Assembly (NCBI GenBank): GCA_001179505.1
Contig: CDMY01000282.1
Span: forward strand, 1-64,000
Length of the DNA: 64,000 nt
Direction of reading: 5' to 3'
DNA from: Vitrella brassicaformis CCMP3155
Taxonomy: Eukaryota > Protista > Chromerida
Shown: piece by piece, positions 36,200 to 50,679 of the stretch
Layout of the letters: every line of letters starts with the position of its first letter
How positions within the stretch are numbered: the first letter of the stretch is position 1
Position numbers and translations under genes: made by a program
The notes under the pieces: generated by a model
The model's database searches: none
Told to the model about the DNA's origin: nothing
Seen by the model: the letters and a program-made list of their open reading frames with translations, nothing else

Positions 36200-37841
36200 C
36201 TAGCTGGTCCTGACGATGACCCTGTTGCCGAGCTTGACGAGGGCTCTCCGTGCGGGCGAGTCGGGCAGCACCGACAGCCACTCCACCGCCTGCTGGGCGT
36301 GCCATCGCGCCAGGCTCTTGGTCCGCTCCAATCCCTGCACGCCATCAACACACACAGGAGAGGAGACCAGTGACGGACGGAGGGGTTTGCCGGAGTCGAT
36401 GTGATGCACGTGCTATGCTCGTCGGCCGACCTTGCTCCTCTCGAGTAGTTTCCTGGCGCGGTCCACATCACCCGGCTGCTTGAACTTGCGCCGTATCATG
36501 GCATTCAGCTCGGGATACTCCTCTGCTGCAAAGAGGATTGGCGCAGTGGCCTGGCCGTTGTTCAAGTCAGAACACGCCGGCTTGCCTGATCGACAGAGAC
36601 GACACGAGCAAGAAGAGACAAATGAGCACCCACTAAACGGACGGATGGGGGGGGTCCTCTGATTCGCAGCTTACCGAGGAGGTCAGCCGACTGAGTGAAG
36701 TCGAGCAGGTCGTCTACTATCTGGAAGGCCAAGCCAAGATGGTACCCATACTTCTCTGCCGCGACCGTCTCCTCACTGGTCGACGCGAAGCCTCCCAGCA
36801 GTGCCGCGCTTCTCGTCGAGCAGGCGATGAGGGAGGCTGTCTTCATGTAGGTCTTCTTCATGTACCTGCAAGTTTTGCCACAGAAATGCGAACCTTTCCG
36901 AAAGGATGGTAGACGGGCGTGATGTGCTGACCAGTCGAATGTTGTCAAATCGTCCGGCTCGGCCTTGGCCTGCATCACCTCGCCCGTCACAAGCGAATCA
37001 AGCGCATTGGCCATCGTCTCGACGACCTCCACGTTTCCAAGCTGAGCAAGGAGGACCGACGCTCGCGCGAGTAGGAAGTCTCCCGCGAGCACAGCCACTT
37101 TGTTGGAGTAGAGCTTGTGCACAGAATCACCGCCTCTCCTCGTCTCAGCGTCGTCCAGCACGTCGTCATGAATGAGCGACGCAGTGTGGATCATCTCTGT
37201 GATCTGACAGACAGACACCACACCACACCACAGCACACAAGGCGCATTCCCTCGCGTGTGCCGGCTCTCGTCTCCTCCCTCCCGTGTGTGTGTGTGCGTA
37301 CCTGGCCGAGCCGCCTTTGCTTGTCGTACACGTCAGCACTAGGCATGTCGTCTACATCCTTGTATGACACGCTGTCCCCCACATCCGCACCACTGTTGGC
37401 CGCGGCAGCAGCCGCCCGTGAGATGAGCATCACTATGGTCGGCCGGAACTTTTTGCCGCTCTTGAGGCTGAAGAAGTGGGAAGCCGCCATCTTCAGCACC
37501 GGGTGGTCCGTGTCCACCACTTCTCTGACCTGGTCAGCAAGGGACAGTAGGTCGTCACCGACATAGTCAAACGGATCAGGGCCGCTAGGCGGGCTGTTGA
37601 CATCGACGAGGGACTCCACTTTGGCATTGACAGGCTGAGCCGCAAGCACACGCTCGCGTGGGCGAAGCGCCAAGCGATGTGAAGAGCGGGCAGGGGAGGC
37701 GGCTTGAGGGGCGACAAAGCCTTCAGATGCCTCAAGCAGGGCGGAGAGGTCATCGTCATCGACAGGCCTCACGGAGAGCGCCCGGGAGAAGGTCAGGAAT
37801 GTGGTGCTGAGGGCCAGAAAAGAGAGCAGGGATGAAACCAT
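36200..37841 (-). CDS. SPS: Solanesyl/polyprenyl diphosphate synthase, probably plastid-targeted
   Basis: GKKFRPTIVML, EMIHTASLIHDDVLD (FARM), KVAVLAGDFLL, GEVMQ, KTASL, FQIVDDLLD (SARM), GKPACSDLNNGQATAPILFA. N-terminal signal peptide MVSSLLSFLALSTTFLTFSRA plus transit-like segment. Confidence 0.9.
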
Positions 37842-37997
37842 AGTCAGATGATAAGTAAGAGAAGAAGTGGGAAGATGATAAGACAACACCAGAAGATCAG
37901 ATGATGGAGACTACCCTCTTTTGGCAGTTCAACGGCCAGTGATCGCGAGCTTGAAATGGCGTCTGACGAAGTGAGGCGAGTGAGTGCCTGGCACTGA

Positions 37998-40175
<2,178 letters not shown>

Positions 40176-40969
40176 CTGATGTGCCTGCCGTGCATGTGTG
40201 CATCAGATATGTGGATGGGATGTGGGTGAGACATTGACATTGACCTTGTGTCTGTCATGCGCAAAGCACCGACCGACCTACCGACAGATCGATGGATGGA
40301 CGTGCTGCTGCTTCTTGAGTGAATGGCCGTGCAGGCAGTGGTCTGGTGTTCGTATGTGTCTTCCGTGGACATGGACACGCACGTGGAGTCGACGAGAGAG
40401 AAGATGAGTCACAGTCACCACCACCATCACCACCACCATCATCACTTTCAGACAGGAATGCACCGGTGTGTGTGTGCGCGATATGACTGACGCAGATGCG
40501 GAGGGCACCAAAGGTGCCCGAAGCTACCCGGGACACACCACAGACAGACAGACAGACAGACGGACGGAGAAAGCCACAGACAAAGAAAAGGAAGGCAAAA
40601 CAGAATGGCACACGGCGCTTGAGCGAAGAAAAGAAAACCTCGCTAGCTCAGAAATCCACATGACGGTGCGTTCCCCGGTAAAGACAGACAGACAGACAGA
40701 CAGACAGATAGAGAGGCGAAAGAGAAGCATCGGCCTTTTGCCAATGCCCGTCACGTCACGCGCCTGTTGCCCTTCCCCCCTCGATCTGCGTTATCTGATA
40801 CATAATTCATTGGCTGTACACATGAAAACCGCGACACACACACACACCCGCACGCCCACACCTGTGAGTGCGCCACTGCGCATACAGAGAGAGACCACAA
40901 AAAGGAAAACGAGCTCTGCCCATCCCGGCCCCCACGACCCTCTCGATCACATCATCCTCGTCTGTCAGC

Positions 40970-41462
40970 TCAGCTCAAGAGCAGCACGCGCCGGGGTCCG
41001 CCATCGCTGGGAAGGGGAAGAGGCAGGTCCTCGCCTTCACACCCTGGACGCACAATCAAACAAGCAAACAAACAAACAAACGTGCATCAATGCAGGAACA
41101 CCAGCCTCCTCACGCTAAAGTACCGAGTCGGGAGGGGCACGGGCGGCCCGATTGCTGCAGACGCCGGGGGCCACCATCGCTGGGACGGGGGAGGGGAAGG
41201 GGGTCGCCTTCGCACCCTGCAAACACACACACACGGATGGCACACTCGACAAACCTCCTTACTGGGGTGCACGTGTGTCTGGCTTACCGAGTCGAGAGGG
41301 GCAAGGGCGAGTGGTCCCCGGGCCTCGTAGCCGTCGGAGGCGATCAGGGATGGGCCGCGGCACTGGGCCTGGCCTGTTCGTGTCACCCTCGGGGACAATG
41401 GCGGTCGCCACTGCGAGAAGGCAGACGGTCACTCCGAGCAGGAAAGCCGAGAAACGAGCCAT
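40970..41462 (-). CDS. Small secreted repeat-peptide precursor (113 aa, 3 exons)
   Basis: Exons 41462-41288, 41216-41124 and 41043-40970 with GT-AG phase-1 introns give MARFSAFLLGVTVCLLAVATA-IVPEGDTNRPGPVPRPIPDRLRRLRGPGTTRPCPSRLGCEGDPLPLPRPSDGGPRRLQQSGRPCPSRLGCEGEDLPLPLPSDGGPRRVLLLS*. Confidence 0.75.
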
Positions 41463-41536
41463 CTTTCTCGACGCGGACGGAAGCTGGAGAGCGAGGGGGC
41501 AGCTGGCGAGGGTTCAGGAGGAAATAGCCAGCGAAA

Positions 41537-41878
41537 ATGACCGAGAATGACCGAATGAGGTTTTTATACAGTGTACAGTACCAGAAGGATCGCGGAACGG
41601 TTCTCGACTTTTTCCAGGAGCTGGCTCCCTCCCGTCTCCCAGCCCGTATGGCGTCATCGAGCGCACGTTCGTCGCAGTACTTGCCTGAGGAAGTGCCCTC
41701 TGCCAATCCACCACCGTCAGCAGGAGTGCCAGGCCTCTCCCGTGCCGTGCCCAGCCTCAGAGCAAGCCCCAGAACCGTCGTCACGCCCACTCCGAGGGCC
41801 TTATCGAACATCCAGAGGGTGGGCATGCAATGCATGGCAATGGCTGGGCGAGCCACCGTTGACCCACACATGTGGTGA
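41537..41878 (+). CDS. Possible hypothetical protein (first exon only)
   Basis: Open frame MTENDRMRFLYSVQYQKDRGTVLDFFQELAP... diverging from the secreted-peptide gene. Downstream exons unresolved. Confidence 0.25.
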   Translation: MTENDRMRFLYSVQYQKDRGTVLDFFQELAPSRLPARMASSSARSSQYLPEEVPSANPPPSAGVPGLSRAVPSLRASPRTVVTPTPRALSNIQRVGMQCMAMAGRATVDPHMW

Positions 41879-42483
41879 CTGTTGTCTGTGCAGCCGGAGA
41901 GGCGGCCTCAGCACCGGCTGCCGGGGGCGCCCGACACCGAGGCGTGGCTCAAGTTCTTCTGTCGAGGGCTGATTGCCACCCTGACTGTGCTTACGATGTT
42001 CCTTGGGGGATGGCTCTTGATGAAACTGATGACAGCTGGACGGAACTAAGTCGTCTTGCATGCCGTGTGCTGAGGGGTAGCAGAGCCATTCATTCGATTG
42101 CCAATAGGCCGTCAGTGAGTGCACTGACTGACAAGAGAGCGATTCAGACAGACAGACAGACAGACAGGCACGCACGCAGACATACACGCAGACAGACATA
42201 TATGGTGTCTTGGGTCGGTCGGGGAGGGGAATTAGCTAGTAGGGCATAGCATGTACTCACGCACACCGTGGATGGATGTGGATGCAGGTCACTCACTCAC
42301 TGACTGACTCATCAATCATTCCAAGTCACAAATAAGACTGACTGACTGAATCAATCAATATACTTATTGGGTGGATGGGATGGATGGGTGGGTGGGTGGG
42401 TGGGATGGGGTGGGATGACCTCACCCCCGTCCGTTCGGGACGCGTGTACCCTCTCGTCTACTGCTTACGTCTCGCGGCCGGCC

Positions 42484-42491
42484 TATATAAA
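42484..42491 (+). promoter_or_regulatory. TATA-box-like element (TATATAAA)
   Basis: Canonical TATAWAWR match in a GC-rich context (gcctatataaagc). No clear downstream CDS. Confidence 0.3.
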
Positions 42492-43800
42492 GCTCCCTCA
42501 CGTAGCACACAGGCAGGCAGGCAGGCAGGCAGACAAAGAGAGAGACGCACACACGCACCCACCATTATCCAGCCGCAGCTCGGCAAACGGCGGGGACCAC
42601 TGAGCAAGTTCACATCCGCCCGCTCGCCCAGGGACTTCATTCATTCATTCATTCGACAGCCACTGAAAAACTGCTTTCTCTGTCTTGTCTTGTCTGTGGT
42701 TGACCTTACAAAGGTCCTCCCTCACATGCGCACACACAACAAAAGGTTCTTCGCTCCCCTCCAGCCCATGGCCTCGCCTTCCCACGTTTCTGTTGCTGGC
42801 CTTATCTGAAGGCAGAGAGACAGCCAGACAGACGGCAGGGCAAGGCAAGACCGACAGCCATTCACCACACAGGCAGAGGCAGGCAGCCAGGGAGGGGGAC
42901 GTGGGGAGTGGGAGACGGGGAGTCGAGGGCAGCAGCAGACAGCAGCAGACACCGGCATACGACGGACGGACACGCCGTTCATGTCATGCACTCGCTCAGT
43001 CGTTGGTTGATGCGATGCACACGCGGCAAAAGCCAGCTCACAAAGAAAGCACTTCTTGATTGATAAAAAAGGGCGGACGGACGGACTTCCGGGAGGCACA
43101 CGATAGATAGATAATTAGAGATATGGGGGGTTACATTAAACAGACAGACTCAGACAGACACGGTGGGTGCGGTGCATACCATTCATCTCATCCATACAGC
43201 CGAGCCGCCACGGAGAGGGGGAGGGGGGGAGAGGAAAAACATACAGACACCGAGTACCAGCAGCAGCAGCAGCAGCAGGTGAGGGGACACACACACGTCT
43301 TCCCAAATCGATGAATAAACAGCAGCGCCCGGGTGTTTTCATGTGTGTGTGTGTGTGTGTGTGTATGGCGGCTACAGCCCTCGCTCGCGCGCTAGGCCCT
43401 GTACACGCAACACGGTTCGCAAACAGCAGGCAGCCACGGAGATAGATAAAGACCCCCTCAGCCAGCCAGCCCCTCATTGAATGCATTGCAATCACGGACG
43501 CGCACATCTCTCTTTTGGGGACGCATTGGTCTGTCTGCCTGCATGCCTACGTACTTACTCTACCAGGTACTTACGTACCCATTCACAAAGAAGACACTCG
43601 TCGTATATACAACAGCGCCCGCCCTCCCGCCCTCCATCCATCCATCCATCCCACCATCCCACCACCCACCACACACACGCACAGAGAGAGGGGGGGCGGG
43701 GGCAGGGGAGGGAGGGGAAGGGGGGCCGCCGCAGAACCCCAAAAGCTCACGACAGGTAAGGAACAGCCATTGGTCTCTGTCCGCTTGATCGTTGGTTGCT

Positions 43801-45404
43801 TCAATCGTTGTTGCTGCCTCCGAAGAGCATGAGGATGAACAGGAATATGTTGATGATGTCAATATACAGCGCCTGACACACACGCACACCCACACCCACA
43901 CCGCATTCACTGGTAAGCCTGTCGACCGTGTCCTGTGTGTGCTGTGCTGAGCTGGCTGGAGGGACTGACCAGTGCTGCGAAGACATAGTCGTCGACGGAG
44001 AACTCGAATGTCCGGTGTTTGCCTCCGACCAGCAGCTGCGTGTCGTAGACGAGGTAGAGCGAGAAGATGAGGGCCCCCGCGGCGCCGTACACCTTCTGCA
44101 GGATGGGCACGGTAGGGATGAAGAAGGCCGCTATTATGCCAAACAACAGCAGCACTATCAGCGCCACAAACAGGTAACCTCCTTTGGCTGCAGACACAGA
44201 CACACACGGACAGAAAGAGAGGTAGAGAGCATAAGACAGCATCGTGCCGGGCAGCACGATGATGGATCCGATCCGATCCGATCCTCTTGGTTGTGTTTGT
44301 ACTTACAGGTGAAGTCGATCTTGGTTTGTATGGCGAATAGCGTGCATGCGATGAAGACCCCCGCGGTGATGCCGACGGCTACGCCCACCGCCGTTATGTC
44401 ATACTGCGTCGTCACCACCTGCACACACAATGAATGCCATGTGTTGCGAGGAAGGGAGGCACGATTGATGTATGTCGTTCTGGTGCCTACTTACGCCAAC
44501 TAGGAAGCCCTGTGCGGCCGTGAAGAGCAGCAGCAACACATAGTTGAGCGGGAAGGTTCGCGCAGGGCCGGAGCAGCACGACAGAGCTGAACACACACAC
44601 ACAGATACAGATACAGACACAGACACAGACACAAGAGGTGGGTGCATCACACGGACGGGATGTGAAAGAAAGAGCTGCTCCGGTCGGTGTGTGCTATTTT
44701 GCGTACCGATGAGGGTTCCGAAGGTGAGCACGAGTGCCAGGATGAACAGCCAGCTGTTGTTCGTCAGGAAGGTCTTCGCCCCGGGCGCATAAAGGATGGC
44801 ACAGCCGATGCCAAAGGTGATCTGAACACACACGCAACGCAACAAACCAACACATCAGTTAGCACAGGTTGCCGCTTCCAGTCAGTCTGCCCGTCTGTCT
44901 GCCCATCTTGGTGCCAGCCACGTGTGGTCCTTTCCCTCCCTCCCTCCCTCCCTTCCTCCCTCCCTCTCTCACCAGCAGTTGTATGCTGAGGACAGTGTAG
45001 ACCTTGCGGATGAAGCCGTGCCTGATCTCAATCGGCAGGTCGGCGTGCATCATGGTCCCGCCGCCATACGCCGTCCCCCCATACCCACCGCCGTACGCGC
45101 CCACATCGCCATAACCGCCACCGCCACCGCCTGCATAGCCAACAGCCGTGTTGTTGCCCTGATAGGCTACTCCACCCGCTACCACAGGGCCGTGGACGAC
45201 GGGTGAGGGGATGGCACCCATCGGGTATGCTCCCTGGCCGTAGTTGGTGCCGTATGCGGTGGTCTGGACGGGCTGGGAGGAGGTGTTCTGATAGGGTGGC
45301 TGGGTGGAGGTCTGGCCGTAGTTGGCGGCGGGGGGGTGGTTGCCGTAGCTGGGCGGCTGGACGGCATATGGCTGTTGCGGTAACCCTTTCTCCGGGTCAT
45401 ACAT
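43801..45404 (-). CDS. Bax inhibitor-1 / TMBIM (lifeguard/GRINA-like) membrane protein
   Basis: Pro/Tyr/Gly-rich N-terminus, then IRHGFIRKVYTVLSIQL, FPLNYVLLLLFT, TLFAIQTKIDFT, SLYLVYDTQLLVGGKH, SVDDYVFAAL, LYIDIINIFLFIL. Confidence 0.92.
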
Positions 45405-45678
45405 CGTGTGGAAGAGCGCGTTGGTGTCTGTCGTGTCGAGTGGCCGCTTCTTGCTTGGCAGCGTCAGTCACGAACCGCGGAGCGAGAGAACAGAGATCTA
45501 TCGCCCTTGTCTATCGAGCCTTGAGATTATTTGCCCAAGCAACCCACAAAGTTGGAGAGATCTTGGCACACCCGCTTCGCTCTCTGTTGCTGTCGTGCGA
45601 CTTTCTCCGTGTTGCGAGCTCAGAATCGCGAGAGCTCCGTGAAACCGCTCTCTCGGGGCAAAAAGGGCGGCTAGACGG

Positions 45679-47011
45679 ATGGTTTTGACCGAAGCTGGCA
45701 CCCCGGCTCTTGTCGCCCTGGCAGTATGCTCATTCATCGTCACGTGGGCGGTCTCTTTTGCCTCCTGCACTGTGCTGTCACGCACGCCAGAGCTGCTAAA
45801 GGAACGGCTCAAGGGCGTCTTGTGCTTCGGCGTCGCCGCCATGCTGAGTGACGTGTTCCTGGTGAGATCTGCAGATAGAGTAGACAACTACCCGGCCAGA
45901 TCCTCACTGTCTGGCTGTCTGTTGTGTGTGTCTGTGTGCGGTGCGTGTGTGTTATGCTGCAGCACATCATTCCTCACGTGTACGGCGATATGGCGAAGCT
46001 TGATAGGTAACGAACGGACAAGAACAGACAGAGATGGGAGTGGTGTGTGTGTGTTTGCCGGCATGCCATGGGTGGTCTGTCTGTCTGCGCAGCGCCAGTG
46101 TGGAGGAGTCGATGGTGACCAACGGGGTCGGCTTCCTTCTCGGAATCGCCGTTGCCCATGGCCTCGACATCCTCCTGCAGGCCTACCACGTTGAGCCCAG
46201 CTCACCACATGGCGAAGAGCAGCAACACGGTGCCGACACCAGCGATGCACAGCACGACAGTGTCGGTGAGAAGGTCTCTTTGCGACTGCGGGCGACGGCA
46301 AAGGGAGAGGCGGAAGAGGGCGAGGATAGAGAATTGGTCAGCAGGGAGGGTGGCGGTGGTGCCAGGCGGGCCGCGTTGCCATTATGGAGGGTGCTGAAGC
46401 CTGTGGCTGCTCTCAATCTCATGTCTGACCTGCTGCACAACGGTACGGTGAGCAGGGGACTTAGTGATGTCATTCATGTCAATACATCAATAAACGGCAC
46501 CATGTATGTCATCGCAGGTCTCGACGGGATGAGCATCGCGGTGTCATTTCAGACCAACCGGCGCATCGGTCTGTCCACATCGCTGGCCATCCTGGCGCAT
46601 GAAGTCGCGCAGGAATTCGCAGACTTCGCTATACTCGTCCACTCAGGTACGTTCGTTCACAGCTTGCCAAGCCAGGAACCACACACACTCCTCCTTATCT
46701 CTTTCCCTCCCTCCCTCCCTCTAGGCCTGTCGCCGTATCAGGCACTCGTCCTCAACGTGGCGGTGTCTTTTTCTGCCATCGTCGGAGGTGCTCTCACCCT
46801 CCTGCTCGGGGCCGGTCTCTCTGAGTTGTGGAAAGACTTCCTGCTGTGTTTCGCCGGCGGCAACTTCCTCTATATTTCTCTGTTCGAGATCCTCCCCGAG
46901 ACGGTGACGGCCACGACGGCCGGCGGAGGTGATCAGCGAGGCGGCCAGCGTGTTGCGGGCTTCCTGCTGGGCTTCCTGTGTCTGTATGGCGTGCGGTGGA
47001 TGGAGCAGTAG
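45679..47011 (+). CDS. ZIP-family (LIV-1-like) metal transporter
   Basis: AAMLSDVFL, FLLGIA, His/acidic loop, LNLMSDLLHNG-LDGMSIAVSF, LAILAHEVAQEFADFAILVHSG, LLCFAGGNFLYISLFEILPE. Confidence 0.9.
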
Positions 47012-47751
47012 CGTAGGTGGCCCTGACGATCGAGCGCGTGAAGTGCAGCGAGCCAGTCACTCTCAGCGTGTTTGCTGTGCTGTGCTGTGCTGTGTGGGCG
47101 TTTTTTGGGGTCTGGAGAGGCCAGAGAGACAGAGAGAAAGAGGGAGAGAGAGAGAGAGAGAGAGAGATGGCGTGTGGGGTACACTCGCACTGTACATAGG
47201 CTAGGCGAGTACTGTCGGTGGGTAGGTAGCCTGCCCACCAGGGCACATAGCACTGCGTGCAACTCACCATGGTTTAAGTAGCGATGCATCTCTCAGTTTT
47301 GGTTGAACTCACTGCATGCATGTGGTGTGGCATTGGACTCAATCTATCAAATCCGTCATATACCCAACGTGGCACTCTCCAGCGCAACTAACCCCTGCCC
47401 AACCGGCGTCACAAGTACTTCGGACAGACAGAGGCAGATACAATACACGCAAATAAATACGCGGTGGACAGATGAGAGAATGATCAGTCGATATATCGCC
47501 GTCACACACACGGATGGAATGGAGATGGAGCCGATGTCTTGAATCAATCACACACACGAACGAGAGATTCGTCGCACTACTGACTCCCACGCCCCCATCC
47601 CACGGTCTTACAAGGACGAAGCCACGGGGGGCACACAAGTACATATCGTACCGACACACATGTATGTAATCAATCCACAATCAATTCAAGTCAGTCACAG
47701 CAAAGCCAGGCAGCCGCGATCAGTCGCTTGGTCAGCCAGCCAGTCAGTCAG

Positions 47752-49645
47752 TCAGTCGGGCAGGAGGATGACCTTGATGGACTCGGAGGACTTGTTGACC
47801 ATCTCAATGCCCTCGACCACCCTGCTCAGGGGCAGCCGGTGGGTCACGATCTCTGAAAAAGGCAGGCCGTGACAGTCATGCAAGGGCGTATGTATTCTCT
47901 GGCTGTCTGCCTGTACGTATCGCGGTCACCTTCAACGGGTATCTGTTTCTTCTCAATCATGCTGATTGCCTTGGGGAACGTCCTGGTGTGATAGGGAGAG
48001 AGGGACGAGACATCCGTGGTGATCCATGTGTGTGCACTGCACCGACCAACCCACTGACCTGGGTGAGAGGTGTCCACCCACGATGGTGAGCTCCTTGCAA
48101 TCGCCAATGATCGACCAGTCAGCCGTCGTCTCCTGCCACATACGCACACGCAAACACACCCCCTAATCGCCGTCCGTCTTGTCGACACGCACACTGCTGT
48201 CTTCGTCTGCAGGTGTGCTCGAAGCACCTACCTTGCCGAACACGGAGAACTCAACGAATCGGCCCATTCTGGCGATCATGTCCAGCCCCTGCCAGGCCAG
48301 GCAGACACATTCATCAATCAGCCGACCAACAACAACCGACACTTTGGCGTGGAGAGCATATGGTTGAGTGTATCGGGGTACCTGCACGACTGAGTTGGGG
48401 TGTCCCGTGGCTTCGATATAGACGTCACACCCATAGCCGCCTGACAACCGCATGACCTCCTTGACCACATCACATTTGCCTGTAGGCATGGATCCGTTCA
48501 CCACTGATGGACAGACACTGCCAACCGGCCCCTTGCACCCTCTCACTTGGGTTGAGGACCACATCAGCGCCGCATTTCTTGGCCACCTCCAGCTTCCAGT
48601 CGTACAGATCAAGCGCTATCTAAATCGACCACACACACAACACTTACAGGCGTCTGATTCGCAGCTAGCACTCTCCGCACACAACTCCTTTTCTGTGGCA
48701 CCGACCGCACCAGAAGCTTGGGTGACTTTTGCCTGACGCCGCCGACCATGCCTAGACCGATAGGACCTGCATGCCATGCACCACATGGCACGTGAGAGAT
48801 CGCATGGGCGTGTGTGTGTCTTGTCTTGAGTTCTTGCTTCCTGGCTGGCTGGCTGGCTGGCTTGCTGACTGACTGACCGCATCCCGAGACGACCACAATG
48901 TCGGAGAACTGAACCGCACCCAACTCCACGCCATGCAACGAACAGGCGAGCGGCTCAGTGTAGACGGCATGCTCCTGAAATGACGCAAGCAAACAAACGC
49001 CACCACCCGCCCATGCCTTCTTGCTTTCGACTTCCTCTGGGCATTCACCCACCCCACCCCACACCTACCGGGGGCACGCTCTTGTCGATCTTGTGGTTCC
49101 TCGCCCTCGCAGGCAGCAGCACATAGTCAGCCATGGCCCCCTGTGTGCACTGGTGGAACCCATAGACGTCGTGCGGAATGCACATCTGATACGCCCCCCT
49201 CTCGCAGTATCGGCAGACGTCGCAGGGGCAGATCTGCTCGGATGTCACTTGGTCGCCGAGCGAGATCCCGTGCTTCTCCCCCGCCCCCTCGCCCAACGCC
49301 ACAACATTGCCCACGAACTCATGACCGGGACGGACAGGCGGCTCCACGTACCTCGGGGTCTTGCGGCCATCACCCCAGAAGCGCGGCGCCCCGGCAAAGC
49401 ACTTGGCGTCACCCGCACAGATGCCTGACAGAAGGGGGAAACCAGCAGGGAATCATCATTTGAAGATCTATGGCAGACACGCGAAGTGCGCGAGCACCTA
49501 TGGCGGAGACCTTCAGCAGCACCTCCCCCGGCCCTGGTGCCGGTACTGTGATGCCGTCCTCGTGGCGGTAGTCACCGGGCCCGTAGCACACGACCCCTCC
49601 CATCGTCGATGGCACATCCTCACCATAAACCGCCATTGTTGTCAT
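47752..49645 (-). CDS. Zn-dependent MDR polyol dehydrogenase, erythritol/L-threitol dehydrogenase (EltD)-like
   Basis: VVCYGPGDYR, ICAGDAKCFAGAPRFWGD, RPGHEFVG, EQICPCDVCRYCERGAYQMC (structural Zn), EPLACSLHGVE, GCGPIGLGM (Rossmann), GGYGCDVYIEATG, DWSIIGDCKELTIVGGH, IVTHRLPL, KVILLP*. About 8 GT-AG introns. Confidence 0.9.
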
Positions 49646-50639
49646 TTCCTTTCGCGCTCAGCCTCCTCCTGTTGGTCGGCGATTCGAATTCATCTACGAG
49701 AGCAGGAGAGAGAGAGAATCTCTTCGCTTCCAAGCTTAGTGGTTTGGTAGGGCATGTGATAGTCGCTTGTGTGATTGCGTTTGATGGGCTGTTCGGTTTA
49801 TACCAGAGTGTTGCTATCATCCATGCCGTATGGTGCGCATGTGTTTCTGCGATCGCTTGTGTCTTTGCGTGTGCAAATCCATACCGACTCTACATCAGAC
49901 GTGCTGGTCGCCCATGCTTCCGTGTAAACGATGACTTCCAAGCTCGCGTTCTCGATCAGAGAGGAGAGGCTTTTTCCCATTCCCAAGTGCATGTGGGAGT
50001 GCCTGGCATGCCGTGGTTATGCGAAGAATCGTGCAGAAAGACTGCAGGGGTCTCCTGTGCTCTTTGTGAATGTGCTTTGCGCAAGGTGATACTGGAAAGC
50101 TTCAGCTTATCCACAATGTCACAGGCCGTGATTGATTGATTGATTGATGGGGCAGTCTGACATCAGTGTAGACGCGGAAAGTCGAGACCCTGTCAACCGA
50201 ATATAAAATGGAGACAGCGATCCCCCGCCCGTCCACCGCTCCATCCCCGCCCTTGTGGACCATGTGTGTGGTGGTCCGATGGCTGTCGTATCGACCTCTT
50301 TCCCTCTCTCGAGCGATAGACATCCCCTACACGGCAGCCAGCCACTATATAACGCCACAAATGCATGACAAACAGACAGACAGACAGCCAACCACCTACG
50401 CAACGATCACACAGACTCCACCAGTGTGTATGTGTGTGTGTGTCGGCTTTGAAACAACGGCAGCAGCGCAGCGATAGATCGACAAAGAAAATCAGAGAAA
50501 CCACACACCATCTGGGCACTGTCATAAATGGCACGAACGGACGCCGATAAAGCATAAACATAAAGACACTCGACACTCACACACAGCACAACACATCACA
50601 ATACAGCACAACACAGTCTCCCAACCCTCTGCTGCATCG

Positions 50640-50679
<40 letters not shown>

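Noticed and set aside
50640-50679. Poly-C tract and poly-Gly ORFs spanning the N gaps (also at 2844 and 34736)
   Set aside because: ORFs running through Ns are artefacts. Homopolymer/G-rich edges next to fixed 300-N gaps point to sequencing dropout, not biology.
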